The notes beneath the pieces are model-generated. The model was not told where the DNA came from and did no database searches. It was given only the letters and a program-made list of their open reading frames with translations. DNA of 54,067 nucleotides from an uncultured Synergistaceae bacterium (GTDB lineage: Bacteria > Synergistota > Synergistia > Synergistales > Aminiphilaceae): assembly GCA_937868015.1 (NCBI GenBank), contig CALMLW010000153.1:1-54067 (forward strand), in the 5' to 3' direction. Shown one piece after another: positions 25,008 to 35,443 of the stretch; within the stretch, counting starts at the first letter, position 1; every line of letters begins with the position of its first letter. Both the position numbers and the translations under genes were made by a program.

Positions 25008-27737
25008 CTAGACCCGCTCGCCCTTCAACCCCGCGAGGATCTTTTCCGGCAGGGCCGGCAGGGCGTGCACCCGCACGCCGCAGGCCTGGTAGATGGCGTT
25101 GCCGATGGCCGCGTGGGGGCTGGACAGCGGCAGCTCTCCCACCCCCGCCGCTCCGAAGGGACCGAACTCCCGGGGGTACCCCTCGAAGTAGACGATCTCC
25201 ATGTCGTCGGGGATGTCTTTGGCGAAGGGGAAGCCCGCCCCCGTCATGGAGGAGTGCTTTTTCAGGTCTTCAAAGTCCTCGGTGAGGGCCAGACCGATGC
25301 CCTGGGCTATGCCGCCGTAGATCTGGCCGTCCGTCACCAGGCGGTTATTCACCTTGCCGATGTCCGCCATGAGGGTCATCTTCTCCACCGTGGTCTTGCC
25401 GGTGTCCAGATTCACCGCCACCTCCGCCATGAAGACCCCGTACATGTACACCACGAAGGGCTTTCCCTGCCCCTTGTCGTCGCAGGCCACCCCGGGGACG
25501 GAGAATTTCCCCACGTACTTCGTGGGAACGCCGTCCGCCGTGGCTTCCGCGTAGGTGCGATAGGTACCGTCGGCCTTCTTGAGCCCCGCGAGCATCTCCT
25601 GGCAGGCCACCCGGATGGCGCCCCCCGTCATGACCTGCTGCCGGGAGCCCCCCGAGGGCCCCGAATTGGGGGTCTTCGACGTGTCGGGCCAGGTGAAACG
25701 CAGGCGCTCCGGGGCCACCTTCATGGGACGCAGGGCCTCGTGAGCCGTGCCGATGGCCCCCATGTCCGCCCCCTGGCCGTGGTCCTCCCACGCCGTGGCG
25801 ATAGTGATGGTATCATCTTGGTTGAGGATGGCCCAGGCCTCGGAGCCGTCGGGGCCGTCCAGGCCGCAGCCGTAGCACCCCAGGGAGAGCCCCACGCCCT
25901 TTTTCACCCTGTCTGTGGATTCCCGCCGGGCCTTATCCTTGGCGGCCTCGTAGCGGGGCTTCAGGGCCTCCAGCATCTCGGGATAGCTGAAGACCTCCGG
26001 AGCCTGGCCGTTGGGGTTCGTCGCCCCGGGGCGATAGCAGTTCTTGTACCGGATCTCCCACGGATCCATGCCCAACTTTTCCGCCAGCTCGTCCATCAGG
26101 GACTCGGAGGAGTACAGGGACTGGGGGGATCCGTAGGCCCGAAAGGCCGATCCCCAGGCATGGTTCGTGCACACCGTGCGCCCCACCCCGCGGATGTGGG
26201 GAATGTCGTATCCCGCCCCCATGAACTGGGCCCCCCGCAGGGTCAACAGGTCTCCGAACTCCGAATAGGGGCCGTGGTCCACGCTGTAGTCCGTCTCCAT
26301 GGCCAAAAGCTTTCCCGCCTTGTCTGCGGCGAAGCGCATGTTCACAAAGAACGGCGACCGCTTCCCCGTGTAGGTCATGTGCTGGAAGTAGTTGTAGCGC
26401 AGGAAGCAGGGCCGCCCCGTGGCCAGGGCCGCCGCTCCCACCAGGGCCTCCATGGTGGGGCTGAACTTATACCCGAAGGTGCCCCCCATGGGGTTGGAGA
26501 CCAGGGCGATCTTGTCGGGCTCCACCCCCAGGCCGGGGGCGATCATGTAGAGATGGAGATGGGCCCCGATGGTCTTGGAGTGGATGATCAGCTTGCCGTC
26601 ATCGTCCATATAGGCAAACCCCACGTCGGGCTCCACGGTGAGGTGGGGCTGGCGCCCCACGTAGAAGTCGTCTTCCACCACCACATCGGCCTTTTCGAAG
26701 ATGGGCCCCGTGGGATCGCCCTTTTCCAGGTTCTGAATGTAGTAGACGTTGGGCGTGCCGGGATGGATCTCCATGGCGTCCTCCGCCATGGCGGCGGGGG
26801 CGCTCATGTAGGCGGGCAAAAGCTCCAGGTCGACCCGGACCTTTTCCGCCGCCGCGCAGGCGTTCTCGTAGGTGTCCGCACAGACGATGGCGATGGCGTC
26901 GCCGAACTGGAAGACCTTCTCGTCGCAGAGGATGGGCCGATCCCAGCCGTCCCCCTTGTTCGTGGGGAAGGTGATGAGGCCGGTGATGCGGTTTTTCCCC
27001 TTCACATCCCGGGCGGTGACCACCTTGTACACCCCGGGCATCTTCTCCGCCTCGGAGACATCCACGCCCTTGATGTTCGCGTGGCTCACCGTGGCCTGCA
27101 CCAGGGCGAGCTGGAGGGCATTCGTCGGGAGCTTGAGCCCCAGGTCCGCCCCGTAGTCCAGCGTCCCCGTGGCCTTGCCCACCGCTGTGGGGCGGGGATA
27201 GGCGCTCCCCCAGATCCGCCCGTCCGGGGGCATTTTGAAGTCGAGGGATTCCTCCGGAGCCTCGCCCCGGAGCACCTGGGCGGCGGCCATGACCGCGTCC
27301 ACCTGGGGAATGTATCCCGTGCACCGGCAGGCATTCCGGTGCTGGTGGAACCACTCCCGCACCTCTTCCCGGGTGGGGTTCGGGTTATGGTCCAGCAGGA
27401 CCTTGGAAGAGACGATGAAACCGGGAGAGCAGAAGCCGCACTGGGTAGCTCCGGAAGAAACCCAGGCCCGCTGCAGGGGATGGAGCTCGTCGGGGGTGCC
27501 GATCCCTTCGATGGTGGTGATCTGGTCTCCGTCCTCCACTCGCTTCATCTTGTAAACGCACGACCGCACCAGCTTGCCGTTCAGGATGACGTTGCAGGCC
27601 CCGCACTCCCCCGTGCCACACCCCACCTTGGTCCCCGTGAGCCCCAGCTGCCCCCGGAGGACGTCCGCCAGGGACGATTCCCCATCCACAATCAGGTTTC
27701 TCTCCACGCCGTTCACGAAAAATCTCTTCTGAATCAC
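25008..27737 (-). CDS. mop: molybdopterin-dependent aldehyde oxidoreductase, single-chain (2x[2Fe-2S] + Mo-MCD domains), Desulfovibrio MOP-type
   Basis: 909 aa. N-terminal CGTGECGAC plus CGFCSPG [2Fe-2S] motifs, then a xanthine-oxidase-family Mo domain. From memory, near-collinear with D. gigas MOP (907 aa). GTG start. Confidence 0.9.
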   Translation of the reverse strand: MIQKRFFVNGVERNLIVDGESSLADVLRGQLGLTGTKVGCGTGECGACNVILNGKLVRSCVYKMKRVEDGDQITTIEGIGTPDELHPLQRAWVSSGATQCGFCSPGFIVSSKVLLDHNPNPTREEVREWFHQHRNACRCTGYIPQVDAVMAAAQVLRGEAPEESLDFKMPPDGRIWGSAYPRPTAVGKATGTLDYGADLGLKLPTNALQLALVQATVSHANIKGVDVSEAEKMPGVYKVVTARDVKGKNRITGLITFPTNKGDGWDRPILCDEKVFQFGDAIAIVCADTYENACAAAEKVRVDLELLPAYMSAPAAMAEDAMEIHPGTPNVYYIQNLEKGDPTGPIFEKADVVVEDDFYVGRQPHLTVEPDVGFAYMDDDGKLIIHSKTIGAHLHLYMIAPGLGVEPDKIALVSNPMGGTFGYKFSPTMEALVGAAALATGRPCFLRYNYFQHMTYTGKRSPFFVNMRFAADKAGKLLAMETDYSVDHGPYSEFGDLLTLRGAQFMGAGYDIPHIRGVGRTVCTNHAWGSAFRAYGSPQSLYSSESLMDELAEKLGMDPWEIRYKNCYRPGATNPNGQAPEVFSYPEMLEALKPRYEAAKDKARRESTDRVKKGVGLSLGCYGCGLDGPDGSEAWAILNQDDTITIATAWEDHGQGADMGAIGTAHEALRPMKVAPERLRFTWPDTSKTPNSGPSGGSRQQVMTGGAIRVACQEMLAGLKKADGTYRTYAEATADGVPTKYVGKFSVPGVACDDKGQGKPFVVYMYGVFMAEVAVNLDTGKTTVEKMTLMADIGKVNNRLVTDGQIYGGIAQGIGLALTEDFEDLKKHSSMTGAGFPFAKDIPDDMEIVYFEGYPREFGPFGAAGVGELPLSSPHAAIGNAIYQACGVRVHALPALPEKILAGLKGERV

Positions 27738-28227
27738 CCGTCCTCACCCCTCTCCCTCTCCTGCCGGAAGCGGATCGCCCCGGCCCTCGCCCCCATCTCC
27801 GCCACAACGCCACGGGGGCAGCCCCCACAAAGAGGGCCGCCCCCGATAGGTACGGACGATCTTCCCCTCCTTGCCAAACGCGGGAGGCATGCCCGTTTCC
27901 GGGCATACCCTAAGCGGCGGCACGCCGTGAGGGGAATTCCCTGGTAGGCCGTGACGCTCGGAAGGTCCCACTATGACGTTTCGTCCCGCCCGAGACGATG
28001 CCCGGGGCCCAAAGGCCCTTCAAGAAAGCCCTGGCATCGCCACAGAGCGGCAAAACTTTTGATCACAGTATCATAAAAAAGCACCCCCTGTCAATTGCCC
28101 CTCACGGCCCCAACGCCGCCCCCCCCCGCCAAACTTCACGAAGGGGGGGCGAAGGGGGGGCGGTGAACCGAAAGCATTTCAAACTCCCGATGATTTTTGT
28201 CATATCGGAACTTATCGGGGAAATAAA

Positions 28228-28257
28228 TTGACGAACGAAAGGTCCTTGTGCTATGTT
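28228..28257 (+). promoter_or_regulatory. candidate sigma70 promoter TTGACG-18-TATGTT for the formamidase-family gene
   Basis: aaattgacgaacgaaaggtccttgtgctatgttgcc about 50 nt upstream of the ATG. A 6-bp hairpin CTCCCC ctc GGGGAG lies in the leader just before the RBS. Confidence 0.4.
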
Positions 28258-28305
28258 GCCTCCGACGCTCCCCCTCGGGGAGGTAACACTTGAGGAGGTG
28301 GACCC

Positions 28306-29217
28306 ATGAGCGCCGTGACGTACTCCGTGGACTCCAGCGGTTTGGTGTATTCGTTCTCCCGACACCATCCTCCCCGACTCCGGGTACCGGACGGCAGCCG
28401 TCTGGAGATCGAGACCTGCGACTGCTTCGAGAACCAGATCCGGCGCCCGGAGGACACCCTGGCATCCCTGGATTGGGACCGGATAAACCCCGCCACGGGT
28501 CCCATCTTCGTCGAGGGGGCGGAACCCGGCGACGTCCTGGCCGCCACCATCGAGGCCATCACCATGGACGACCAGGGGGTGCTGGTGGCGGGACACGACT
28601 TCGGCGTGCTGGCATCGAAGTTCGACGCCCTCCACTCCCGCCTCGTCCCCGTGCGCCGGGGGCGAGTGATCTTCGACGACCGGCTGAACCTCCCCGTGCG
28701 CCCCATGATCGGCGTCATCGGCGTAGCCCCCGGAGGAGATCCGGTGAACTGTGGCACTCCGGGGAGCCATGGGGGCAACATGGACACCACCCTCATCGCC
28801 CCGGGAGCCACGGTGTATTTTCCCGTGGCAGTGCCGGGGGCCCTCTTCGCCCTGGGAGACCTCCATGCCGCCATGGGAGACGGGGAGATCAGCGGGGCGG
28901 GGGTGGAGATCGCGGGGCGGGTGACGCTACGGCTTTCGGTGCGAAAGGACCTCTCCCTGGCGGGTCCCATGGTGGCCACCCCCGAAGGCCTCGCCGCCAT
29001 CGCCTCGGCCCCCACCTTGGACGACGCGGCAAACCAGGCCGTGCGAGAACTCGCCGAGGTGCTCTTTCCCCGCCTGGGGCTCCCCTGGCAGGAACTGGCC
29101 TATCTTTTGAGCATCGCGGGAAGTTTGCAAATCTGCCAGGTGGTGGACCCCCTCAAGACCGCCCGGTTCGTGCTCCCCTGGTCCGCCCTCGCCCCCTACG
29201 GCGTGACCGAGCTCTGA
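28306..29217 (+). CDS. acetamidase/formamidase (FmdA/AmdA) family amidohydrolase
   Basis: 303 aa. GPIFVEGAEPGD, CGTPGSHGGNMD and other FmdA_AmdA family features. GAGGAGGTG RBS. Confidence 0.85.
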   Translation: MSAVTYSVDSSGLVYSFSRHHPPRLRVPDGSRLEIETCDCFENQIRRPEDTLASLDWDRINPATGPIFVEGAEPGDVLAATIEAITMDDQGVLVAGHDFGVLASKFDALHSRLVPVRRGRVIFDDRLNLPVRPMIGVIGVAPGGDPVNCGTPGSHGGNMDTTLIAPGATVYFPVAVPGALFALGDLHAAMGDGEISGAGVEIAGRVTLRLSVRKDLSLAGPMVATPEGLAAIASAPTLDDAANQAVRELAEVLFPRLGLPWQELAYLLSIAGSLQICQVVDPLKTARFVLPWSALAPYGVTEL

Positions 29218-29382
29218 TCTTCACCGACGCCCTTCCCAGACCCCGGGAGATCCTTAGCTCCCCTGGGCCGATCCCCCCCGTCCCGCCGAAACCCGGGCCG
29301 ACCGCGAGGCCCCCCTTGACAGAAGGCCTTTTGAGGGGCACACTATTTCGGTATACATACCATACAATGAGGAGGGTGTCCC

Positions 29383-30261
29383 ATGACCCCCGACCGCCCC
29401 CCCATCTCCCCCCTGATTCCCCTGATCCTCGGCATCGGCGCCATCTCCACGGGGGCCATCTTCGCCCGCATGGCCGACGCCCCTTCGCTGGTCATCGCCG
29501 CCTACCGGGTGGGGCTCGCCACCCTGGTGCTGGCCCCCTTTGCCCTGGCAAGGCGGTGGGGCGAGCTCCGGAATCTCCCTCGGCGTGACCTCGTCACCGT
29601 GGGAGGGGCGGGGTTCTTTCTCGCGCTCCATTTCGCCACGTGGATCGCCTCGTTGAACTACACTTCGGTGGCGAGCAGCGTGGTGCTGGTGAACACCATT
29701 CCCCTTTGGGTGGGGCTTTTGGGGCCCCTGGTGGCGGGGGAACGCTTTTCCCGGTGGACCGCAGGAGGCATGGCGCTGGCCTTTGCCGGGGGCGCCGTGG
29801 TGGGAGGGGGCGATTTTGCCCTGGGGGGGCAGGCCCTCTGGGGAGATCTCCTGGCCCTGGCGGGGGCCCTGGCCGCTGCGGCCTACCTACTCCTGGGGCG
29901 CCGGGTGCGCCCCAAGCTCTCGCTTCTGTCCTACATTTTCCTGTGCTACGGCACGGCGGCGGCCTTTCTCTGGGCCGGAGTGCTTCTGACGGGGCTTCCC
30001 GTGGCGGGGTATTCTTCCGGCACCTGGGGGGCCTTCGGGGCCATGGCCCTCATCCCCCAACTGCTGGGGCACAGTAGCTACAACTGGGCCCTCCGGTGGC
30101 TCTCGGCGGGGTTCATCTCCGTGGCGCTCCTGGGGGAACCTCTGGGTAGCACCCTCTTGGCCTGGATCCTCTTTGGCGAAGGGCTCACCCTCGTCAAGGC
30201 GGCGGGGATGGGGGGCATCCTCGCGGGGATCGTCCTGGCCTCCCGGGGAGAGGGAGCGTAG
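29383..30261 (+). CDS. EamA/DMT-superfamily transporter (10 TM)
   Basis: 292 aa polytopic membrane protein with duplicated EamA-like halves. GAGGAGGG RBS. Confidence 0.8.
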   Translation: MTPDRPPISPLIPLILGIGAISTGAIFARMADAPSLVIAAYRVGLATLVLAPFALARRWGELRNLPRRDLVTVGGAGFFLALHFATWIASLNYTSVASSVVLVNTIPLWVGLLGPLVAGERFSRWTAGGMALAFAGGAVVGGGDFALGGQALWGDLLALAGALAAAAYLLLGRRVRPKLSLLSYIFLCYGTAAAFLWAGVLLTGLPVAGYSSGTWGAFGAMALIPQLLGHSSYNWALRWLSAGFISVALLGEPLGSTLLAWILFGEGLTLVKAAGMGGILAGIVLASRGEGA

Positions 30262-30271
30262 AGAGATGGCC

Positions 30272-30466
30272 CTAAAGGAAAAAACTCACCGTCGCCGCCA
30301 CAGCCAGCAACATCACCCCCGCCAGGGGCCACACGCACCCCAGGGCCGCCCCCACCTTCCGCTGGCGCCCCGATCGGGTCAGGGGGATGCCGATTTTGCG
30401 ACTGATCCGGCTCTTGGCCGCCGAGATGCCTAAAAAGCGCTTCCAGGAAAATCCTCCACGGTTCAT
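30272..30466 (-). CDS. 64-aa small protein with C-terminal TM helix (hypothetical)
   Basis: Strong RBS GGGAGGTG 5 nt upstream of the ATG. Basic N-terminus then a hydrophobic tail. Confidence 0.45.
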   Translation of the reverse strand: MNRGGFSWKRFLGISAAKSRISRKIGIPLTRSGRQRKVGAALGCVWPLAGVMLLAVAATVSFFL

Positions 30467-30470
30467 GATT

Positions 30471-31301
30471 TCACCTCCCGAGACATTTCCGACCCTCCGA
30501 GGGTGTTCCGCCAGGGCGGCATCCTTTTCTGCGGCGATCCGGAGTCCCGATCCCTAGGTCCTCAGCGACTTCGGCACGGTCCTTCTCTTCCCGCACCAGC
30601 ACGAGGCGCCCTCCGTGCCGCACCAACACGGGCATCACCGAAGAGACGGCCATCTGGCACCCATCCGCCACGTCCTCGTCGAAGCCCTTCAACGCCAAGC
30701 GCCCGGCGTGCACCGTACGGCGCACCGCCCCGAGGAGGTCCGGGCGCACCTTCTCCCAGGCCATGAGGGCCAACCGGGCTCCGTCGCCGAGGTCTTGTCC
30801 CGTGAGGTCCCGGAGTCGTTCCACCAACAGGCCCGCACAGAACACGTCGTCGAGCCCCAGGCGGCCGTGGAGCCCCGCGCAGAGCACCGCCACACCCCCC
30901 CCACGCCGAGCGGCAAAGTGGGCCGCCGCATCGGCGTTGCGGGCACAGGCCGCCCCCACGGCGCCTCCGGCTTCCGCGGCCCGCAGGAGGGCCCCAGTGC
31001 CGTTGGTGGTGGCCACGATACCCCGGCGCCCCTGGAGAGGACTGGCGCGGATTTCTCGGGGAGAATTGCCGTAGTCAAAGCCCTCGGGGCGCTCCCCCCC
31101 CTGTTCCCCCAGGAGGAGCCATGCGGTCCCGAGACCTTCCCTGAGGCTCCGGGCCTCTTCCACCGTGGCCACGGGCAAAAGCTCTTCTCCTCCCGCCTCG
31201 AAAAACGCCGTCATGGCCGTGGTGGCCCGGAGGAGGTCCACCACAAGCCACGAGGAAACCCGGGGAAGGGTCTCTCCGGGGGAAAGCACCACGTCGATCA
31301 T
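30471..31301 (-). CDS. comB: 2-phosphosulfolactate phosphatase (ComB) family protein
   Basis: Start MIDVVLSP at 31301 (AGGAG 8 nt upstream). VVDLLRATT, GNSP, ATTNGT motifs typical of ComB. Confidence 0.75.
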   Translation of the reverse strand: MIDVVLSPGETLPRVSSWLVVDLLRATTAMTAFFEAGGEELLPVATVEEARSLREGLGTAWLLLGEQGGERPEGFDYGNSPREIRASPLQGRRGIVATTNGTGALLRAAEAGGAVGAACARNADAAAHFAARRGGGVAVLCAGLHGRLGLDDVFCAGLLVERLRDLTGQDLGDGARLALMAWEKVRPDLLGAVRRTVHAGRLALKGFDEDVADGCQMAVSSVMPVLVRHGGRLVLVREEKDRAEVAEDLGIGTPDRRRKGCRPGGTPSEGRKCLGR

Positions 31302-31373
31302 GTTCTTCACTCCTGAAAAAAATTTTCTTCGAGGGGCCCGGAACGCCCCACCCCCGATCCCGGAGGTTCGGCC

Positions 31374-32036
31374 CTAGGCTCCCCGGTCCCCGAGGGCGAC
31401 CCGCAGCTCCCGGCAGCTTTCCAGGATGCTCGCATGGGAGATCTTCGTGGGGTCAAACTTGAGGAGACGAAAGGTGCTCTGGATGCAAAAGCCGATCAAC
31501 AGGCCGTAGATCACCGTGCCGATGCCCACCATGCCCCCGAGAAACCACCCAAAGGCGATGGCCGATACCTCGATCAGCCCTCGAACGAGCCCCACGGGGA
31601 GCCGGGACCTGCGCGTCAGGGCCACCATGAGCCCATCGCGGGGTCCCGTGCCGAAACCAGAGCCGATATAAAAGTACGTCGCCAGGGCAATGACGTACAT
31701 CCCTGCCAGGAGCATGATGACGCCCGGAATCGTCCGGTCCATGACCGGGATAAGCTCCCCGTGCATGATCACATCGATGAAGATCCCGATCAGAAACATG
31801 TTGAGGATCGTGCCGATCCCCAGGGTTTCCTTCATGAGATAGGTGGCCGCAACGATGACGAAGCCCGTGATGATGCTGGCGGTGCCCAAGGTGATCCCTA
31901 GGGCCCTTCCCAGCCCCACATGGAAGACATCCCAGGGGCCATATCCCACGTGGGCATTGATGGTGAGCACGATGCCCACGGCATAGAGAAAAAGGCCAAA
32001 AATGAGCTTCAGAAATCGCCGGAAAAACCCTGTCAT
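31374..32036 (-). CDS. YczE/YitT-like (DUF161-type) integral membrane protein
   Basis: Start MTGFFRRFLKLIFGLFLYAVG at 32036. Multi-TM, Gly-rich membrane protein. Confidence 0.6.
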   Translation of the reverse strand: MTGFFRRFLKLIFGLFLYAVGIVLTINAHVGYGPWDVFHVGLGRALGITLGTASIITGFVIVAATYLMKETLGIGTILNMFLIGIFIDVIMHGELIPVMDRTIPGVIMLLAGMYVIALATYFYIGSGFGTGPRDGLMVALTRRSRLPVGLVRGLIEVSAIAFGWFLGGMVGIGTVIYGLLIGFCIQSTFRLLKFDPTKISHASILESCRELRVALGDRGA

Positions 32037-32427
32037 CTTCCCCAAACCTCGCTTCTCGAAGGGATATGGGCCGTGGGAAAAGGGACAAGGGACGCCCCCA
32101 CCCTTTTTGCAGGATACCATATGAGGGCCTCGGCCTCCCGGTGGTGATCAGAAAGCCTCCGAATTGGATGGGAACGGGAAGGCCGCTACCGGGGCCTCCG
32201 GAGACCTTCGCATCGACGCCGCCCTTTTCGCGCCCGCCCCCCCCGAAGGAGCGAAGGGCGCGCATCTCATGATCCCCTCCGGAACAACCCCGGGGATACG
32301 TTTTCAGGGCCCGGAGGAACGATGGGAAGCATCCTATTCTCTCCACCTCTTATCGCACAAAAAGGGGAAATCCTTATCACGACGGAGAAAGGGGGTCGTC
32401 AAACGACCGGGGCCGCCCATCTCGCCC

Positions 32428-32456
32428 TTTAAAAAAAAACTCTCGTCTGCTATAGT
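32428..32456 (+). promoter_or_regulatory. candidate promoter TTTAAA-17-TATAGT with upstream A-tract, about 160 nt upstream of the binding-protein gene
   Basis: ccctttaaaaaaaaactctcgtctgcTATAGTgtc. An A9 run in 70 % GC DNA is conspicuous (UP-element-like). Confidence 0.35.
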
Positions 32457-32615
32457 GTCGCTGGCGACATTGGTCGCCCCTTTGGAGCGTGGCTCTTTTT
32501 CCCGGAATCCTTTTAGCGTACTCCCAGGAAGGAGGGGATCGCCGCCCCGTTACGGAGGCCCATGGTGCGTCAGCGGTCGTTTTCGCCCAAATAACTCACA
32601 TGAGGAGGGTGTTTT

Positions 32616-33383
32616 ATGAAGACCAGGTTTTTTCTGCCCTTGACCGTCGCCCTTGTCCTGATTTCCTTCGGCACCGTCGCCCTCGCCGACGATATTAAGA
32701 GCGTTTCCGTCATCCTCGACCCCTGGCCCCCCTATTCCGTGGGGGAGACCAACAAGCCCCCCACGGGAGGGTATTTCGTCGACGTGTGCCAGGAGGCCTT
32801 TTCCCGCCTGGGGGTCGAAGCAAACATCATGCTCTACCCCTGGAAGCGCTGCCTAAAAAGCATCCAGGAAGGCGATAGCGACATCCTGCTGGGGGTCACC
32901 AAGACGGCCGAGCGCGAGAAGTTCATGACCTACTCCGACCCCGTGGTGGTGGACCGGGTGGTTTTTTTCTACGTCAAGGAGAAATATCCCAACGGATTCA
33001 CTTGGGAAAACTACGGCGACCTAAAAGATCTCGCCATTGGCACCACGGCGGGGTACAACTACGGCGAGGAGTTCAATGCGGGAGTAAAAGAGCAAGGGAT
33101 CAAACTAGACGAGGGAGAGTCGGAGACCAAGAGCTTCGAGAAGCTTGCGGCGGGGCGCATGGACCTCTTCGTGTGCTACGAGATCTCCGGCAAATACTGG
33201 GTGAACGCCCACGATGACCTGAGGGGCAAGATCGATGTGGCGGAAAAGCCCGTGCTGGCGGAGATGCCCTTCTACCTGGCCTTCTCCAACAAGGGCAAGG
33301 CCCTCCCCCTGGTCCCGAAGCTCAACGAGGTCCTGGCAGCCATGAAGGCCGACGGCACCACGGATAAGTTGCTGGGGAAATAG
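32616..33383 (+). CDS. periplasmic substrate-binding protein, family 3 (amino-acid type), signal peptide
   Basis: 255 aa. Signal peptide MKTRFFLPLTVALVLISFGTVALA and the SBP_bac_3 fold pattern. No permease/ATPase genes adjacent; followed by a chemoreceptor gene. Confidence 0.85.
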   Translation: MKTRFFLPLTVALVLISFGTVALADDIKSVSVILDPWPPYSVGETNKPPTGGYFVDVCQEAFSRLGVEANIMLYPWKRCLKSIQEGDSDILLGVTKTAEREKFMTYSDPVVVDRVVFFYVKEKYPNGFTWENYGDLKDLAIGTTAGYNYGEEFNAGVKEQGIKLDEGESETKSFEKLAAGRMDLFVCYEISGKYWVNAHDDLRGKIDVAEKPVLAEMPFYLAFSNKGKALPLVPKLNEVLAAMKADGTTDKLLGK

Positions 33384-33447
33384 CTCCCCACCACCCTAGG
33401 CTTTTCCGATCCCCCGAAGCGATCGAAGGCCATGAAAGGAGAATATT

Positions 33448-35178
33448 ATGAAAAATAGCCTCGTATCAAAGCTTGCCGCTCTCATCGTCCTGGGTATCCT
33501 CGTGCTGGCGGCGGTCCTCCTTTTCCTGGCCCGGTCGGGCAGCCAGGACATGCTTCGGGCGACCAGCGGCGTGGCAGATCGCATGCTCACCGAGGACATC
33601 CAGAACAAAAACCAGGCGAATCAAGAGTCCGCCGCCACTTACGGCGCCTCCATGGCGCAGTATTTGGCCTTCATCTCCGCCTCGCCCCTCTGGAATCTGC
33701 AGGAGGAGTTGCTGAAAGAGTACGCCCAGGGGATGCTCCAGCTCCCCAACCTGGCCTACGCCGTGGTGTACGACGATGGCAATAAGGCCGTGGCCGGGGA
33801 GAAGAAAGAGGGCGGCGCCGGGGTCCAGGTCTTTACCCACGGTGTGGTCTACGACGGCAAAAGCATCGGCCAGGTGGAGGTGGGCCTCGCCACGGACCAC
33901 CTCGAAGCGGCTCTTAAGAAAAACGAACAGGTCAAGACCGATCTCATCTCCACCTTCGAGAAGGAGGCCCAAGGAGCCCAATCGGCCCTGGTAAGCCGCC
34001 TGGGGATTACGGCGGCGGCCATCGCGGTGGTGCTGCTGGTGGTGAGCCTTCTGGTGCTCTTTCGCATCGCCAAGCCACTGCGGCGCATGGTGGGGGTCGT
34101 GCAGGACCTGGGCCAGGGCGAAGGGGACCTTACGGTGCGCCTCGACGTGGCGAGCCACGACGAGGTGGGGCTCCTGGGAGAATCCCTCAACCTCTTCGTG
34201 GATAAGCTGGCCGCCATGGTGAGGGAGCTGGTGGAAGTCGCCGGAGAAGTGGGGGCACAGGCCCGATCTCTGGCAGAGCTCTCGGAAAGGTCCACCGTGG
34301 TGGCGGATCGCAGCCGGGACGCCGTGGATCAGATTGTAGTCCTTTCCGAGTCCAACGCCGCCGCCGTGCAGGAAACCAATGCGGGCATCGAAGAGGTGGC
34401 TTCCAGCGCCAGCGCCTCTGCCAAGTCCGCCGAGGCCGGAGCCCATTCCTCCACCAAATCCACTCACTTGACGGAAGAAGTGGTCTCACGCATGGCCGGG
34501 GTCATTCAGTCCATCGTCACCGTGGGAGAACAGGCCCACGCCAACCGCCATACCATCCAGACCCTGAGCGGATCGGTGACGGACATCACCAATTTCGTGG
34601 GGGCCATCACCTCCATCGCGGACCAGACGAACCTCCTGGCGCTGAACGCCGCCATCGAGGCCGCCCGCGCCGGTGAGGCGGGAAGGGGCTTTGCCGTGGT
34701 GGCGGAGGAGGTACGAAAGCTCGCCGAGGAATCAAACCACGCCGCGAAGGAGATCGGGGGCATTATCACCACGCTGCAAAAGTCTGCGGCGGATTCCATC
34801 AAGGCCACCGAAGCCTCCGAGGGCACCCTAAACGAAGTGGTAAAGGCCGCCCAGGGCGTCCAAGGACAGCTTCAGGAAAGCCTTCGGGAAGTCGTCGGCG
34901 TCAACGACGTCATGCAAAACATCGCCGCCGTGGCCGAGGAGCAATCGGCCTCCAGCCACGAAATGGCCACCGCCATCGACAGCATCACCCACGGGGCCTC
35001 CGCCATCGTGGAAAGCCTGGGCACCATCCGGGCCTCCACGGAAGAGACGGCGGATTCCTTCCAAGAGGTGGCTCGAAACGCGGCACACCTTTCGGAAAAC
35101 GTGGCCCACCTGGAACAGATCCTGAGCCAGTTCCGCATCGATCAATCCGAGGAACGGCGCGCCCTACCCCGGGCCTGA
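33448..35178 (+). CDS. methyl-accepting chemotaxis protein (periplasmic sensor + HAMP + MCP signalling domain)
   Basis: 576 aa. Two TM segments flank an about 150-aa periplasmic domain. Highly conserved MCP core [33 protein letters not shown]. Confidence 0.9.
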   Translation: MKNSLVSKLAALIVLGILVLAAVLLFLARSGSQDMLRATSGVADRMLTEDIQNKNQANQESAATYGASMAQYLAFISASPLWNLQEELLKEYAQGMLQLPNLAYAVVYDDGNKAVAGEKKEGGAGVQVFTHGVVYDGKSIGQVEVGLATDHLEAALKKNEQVKTDLISTFEKEAQGAQSALVSRLGITAAAIAVVLLVVSLLVLFRIAKPLRRMVGVVQDLGQGEGDLTVRLDVASHDEVGLLGESLNLFVDKLAAMVRELVEVAGEVGAQARSLAELSERSTVVADRSRDAVDQIVVLSESNAAAVQETNAGIEEVASSASASAKSAEAGAHSSTKSTHLTEEVVSRMAGVIQSIVTVGEQAHANRHTIQTLSGSVTDITNFVGAITSIADQTNLLALNAAIEAARAGEAGRGFAVVAEEVRKLAEESNHAAKEIGGIITTLQKSAADSIKATEASEGTLNEVVKAAQGVQGQLQESLREVVGVNDVMQNIAAVAEEQSASSHEMATAIDSITHGASAIVESLGTIRASTEETADSFQEVARNAAHLSENVAHLEQILSQFRIDQSEERRALPRA

Positions 35179-35216
35179 CGTCGGCCATCCGGCACCTCCC
35201 GAGAGCCTTGCCCTTG

Positions 35217-35251
35217 GGGCCCCCGGAAGCCTTATCCGCTTCCGGGGGCCC
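35217..35251 (+). terminator. 14-bp GC-rich stem-loop (GGGCCCCCGGAAGC cttatcc GCTTCCGGGGGCCC) 40 nt after the chemoreceptor gene stop; no U-tract
   Basis: Near-perfect inverted repeat seen directly. Confidence 0.5.
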
Positions 35252-35414
35252 TTCGTTGCGGCACCACCGCACGACTTTCCGGGCCTTCGTCCCCGGGGAG
35301 CGCTTCGAGGCAAACCCCGGAGGGCCTCCAGAGGAGCGGTCCAAAGCCCAGGCCTCCAGGTCCTTCTCGGGGAGGCCCCGCATCCCGAGCCACCACCGCA
35401 AAGGACTCCCCCCC

Positions 35415-35443
35415 TTGACATCCCTCCACGCGAGTGCTACAAA
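35415..35443 (+). promoter_or_regulatory. candidate sigma70 promoter TTGACA-17-TACAAA for cbiMQO
   Basis: ccccTTGACAtccctccacgcgagtgcTACAAAaaatg about 40 nt upstream of the cbiM ATG. Confidence 0.45.

Noticed and set aside
24942-27947. 1001-aa + ORF
   Set aside because: Antisense to the Mo aldehyde oxidoreductase gene, which has diagnostic motifs on the minus strand. The longest of the GC-driven shadow ORFs.
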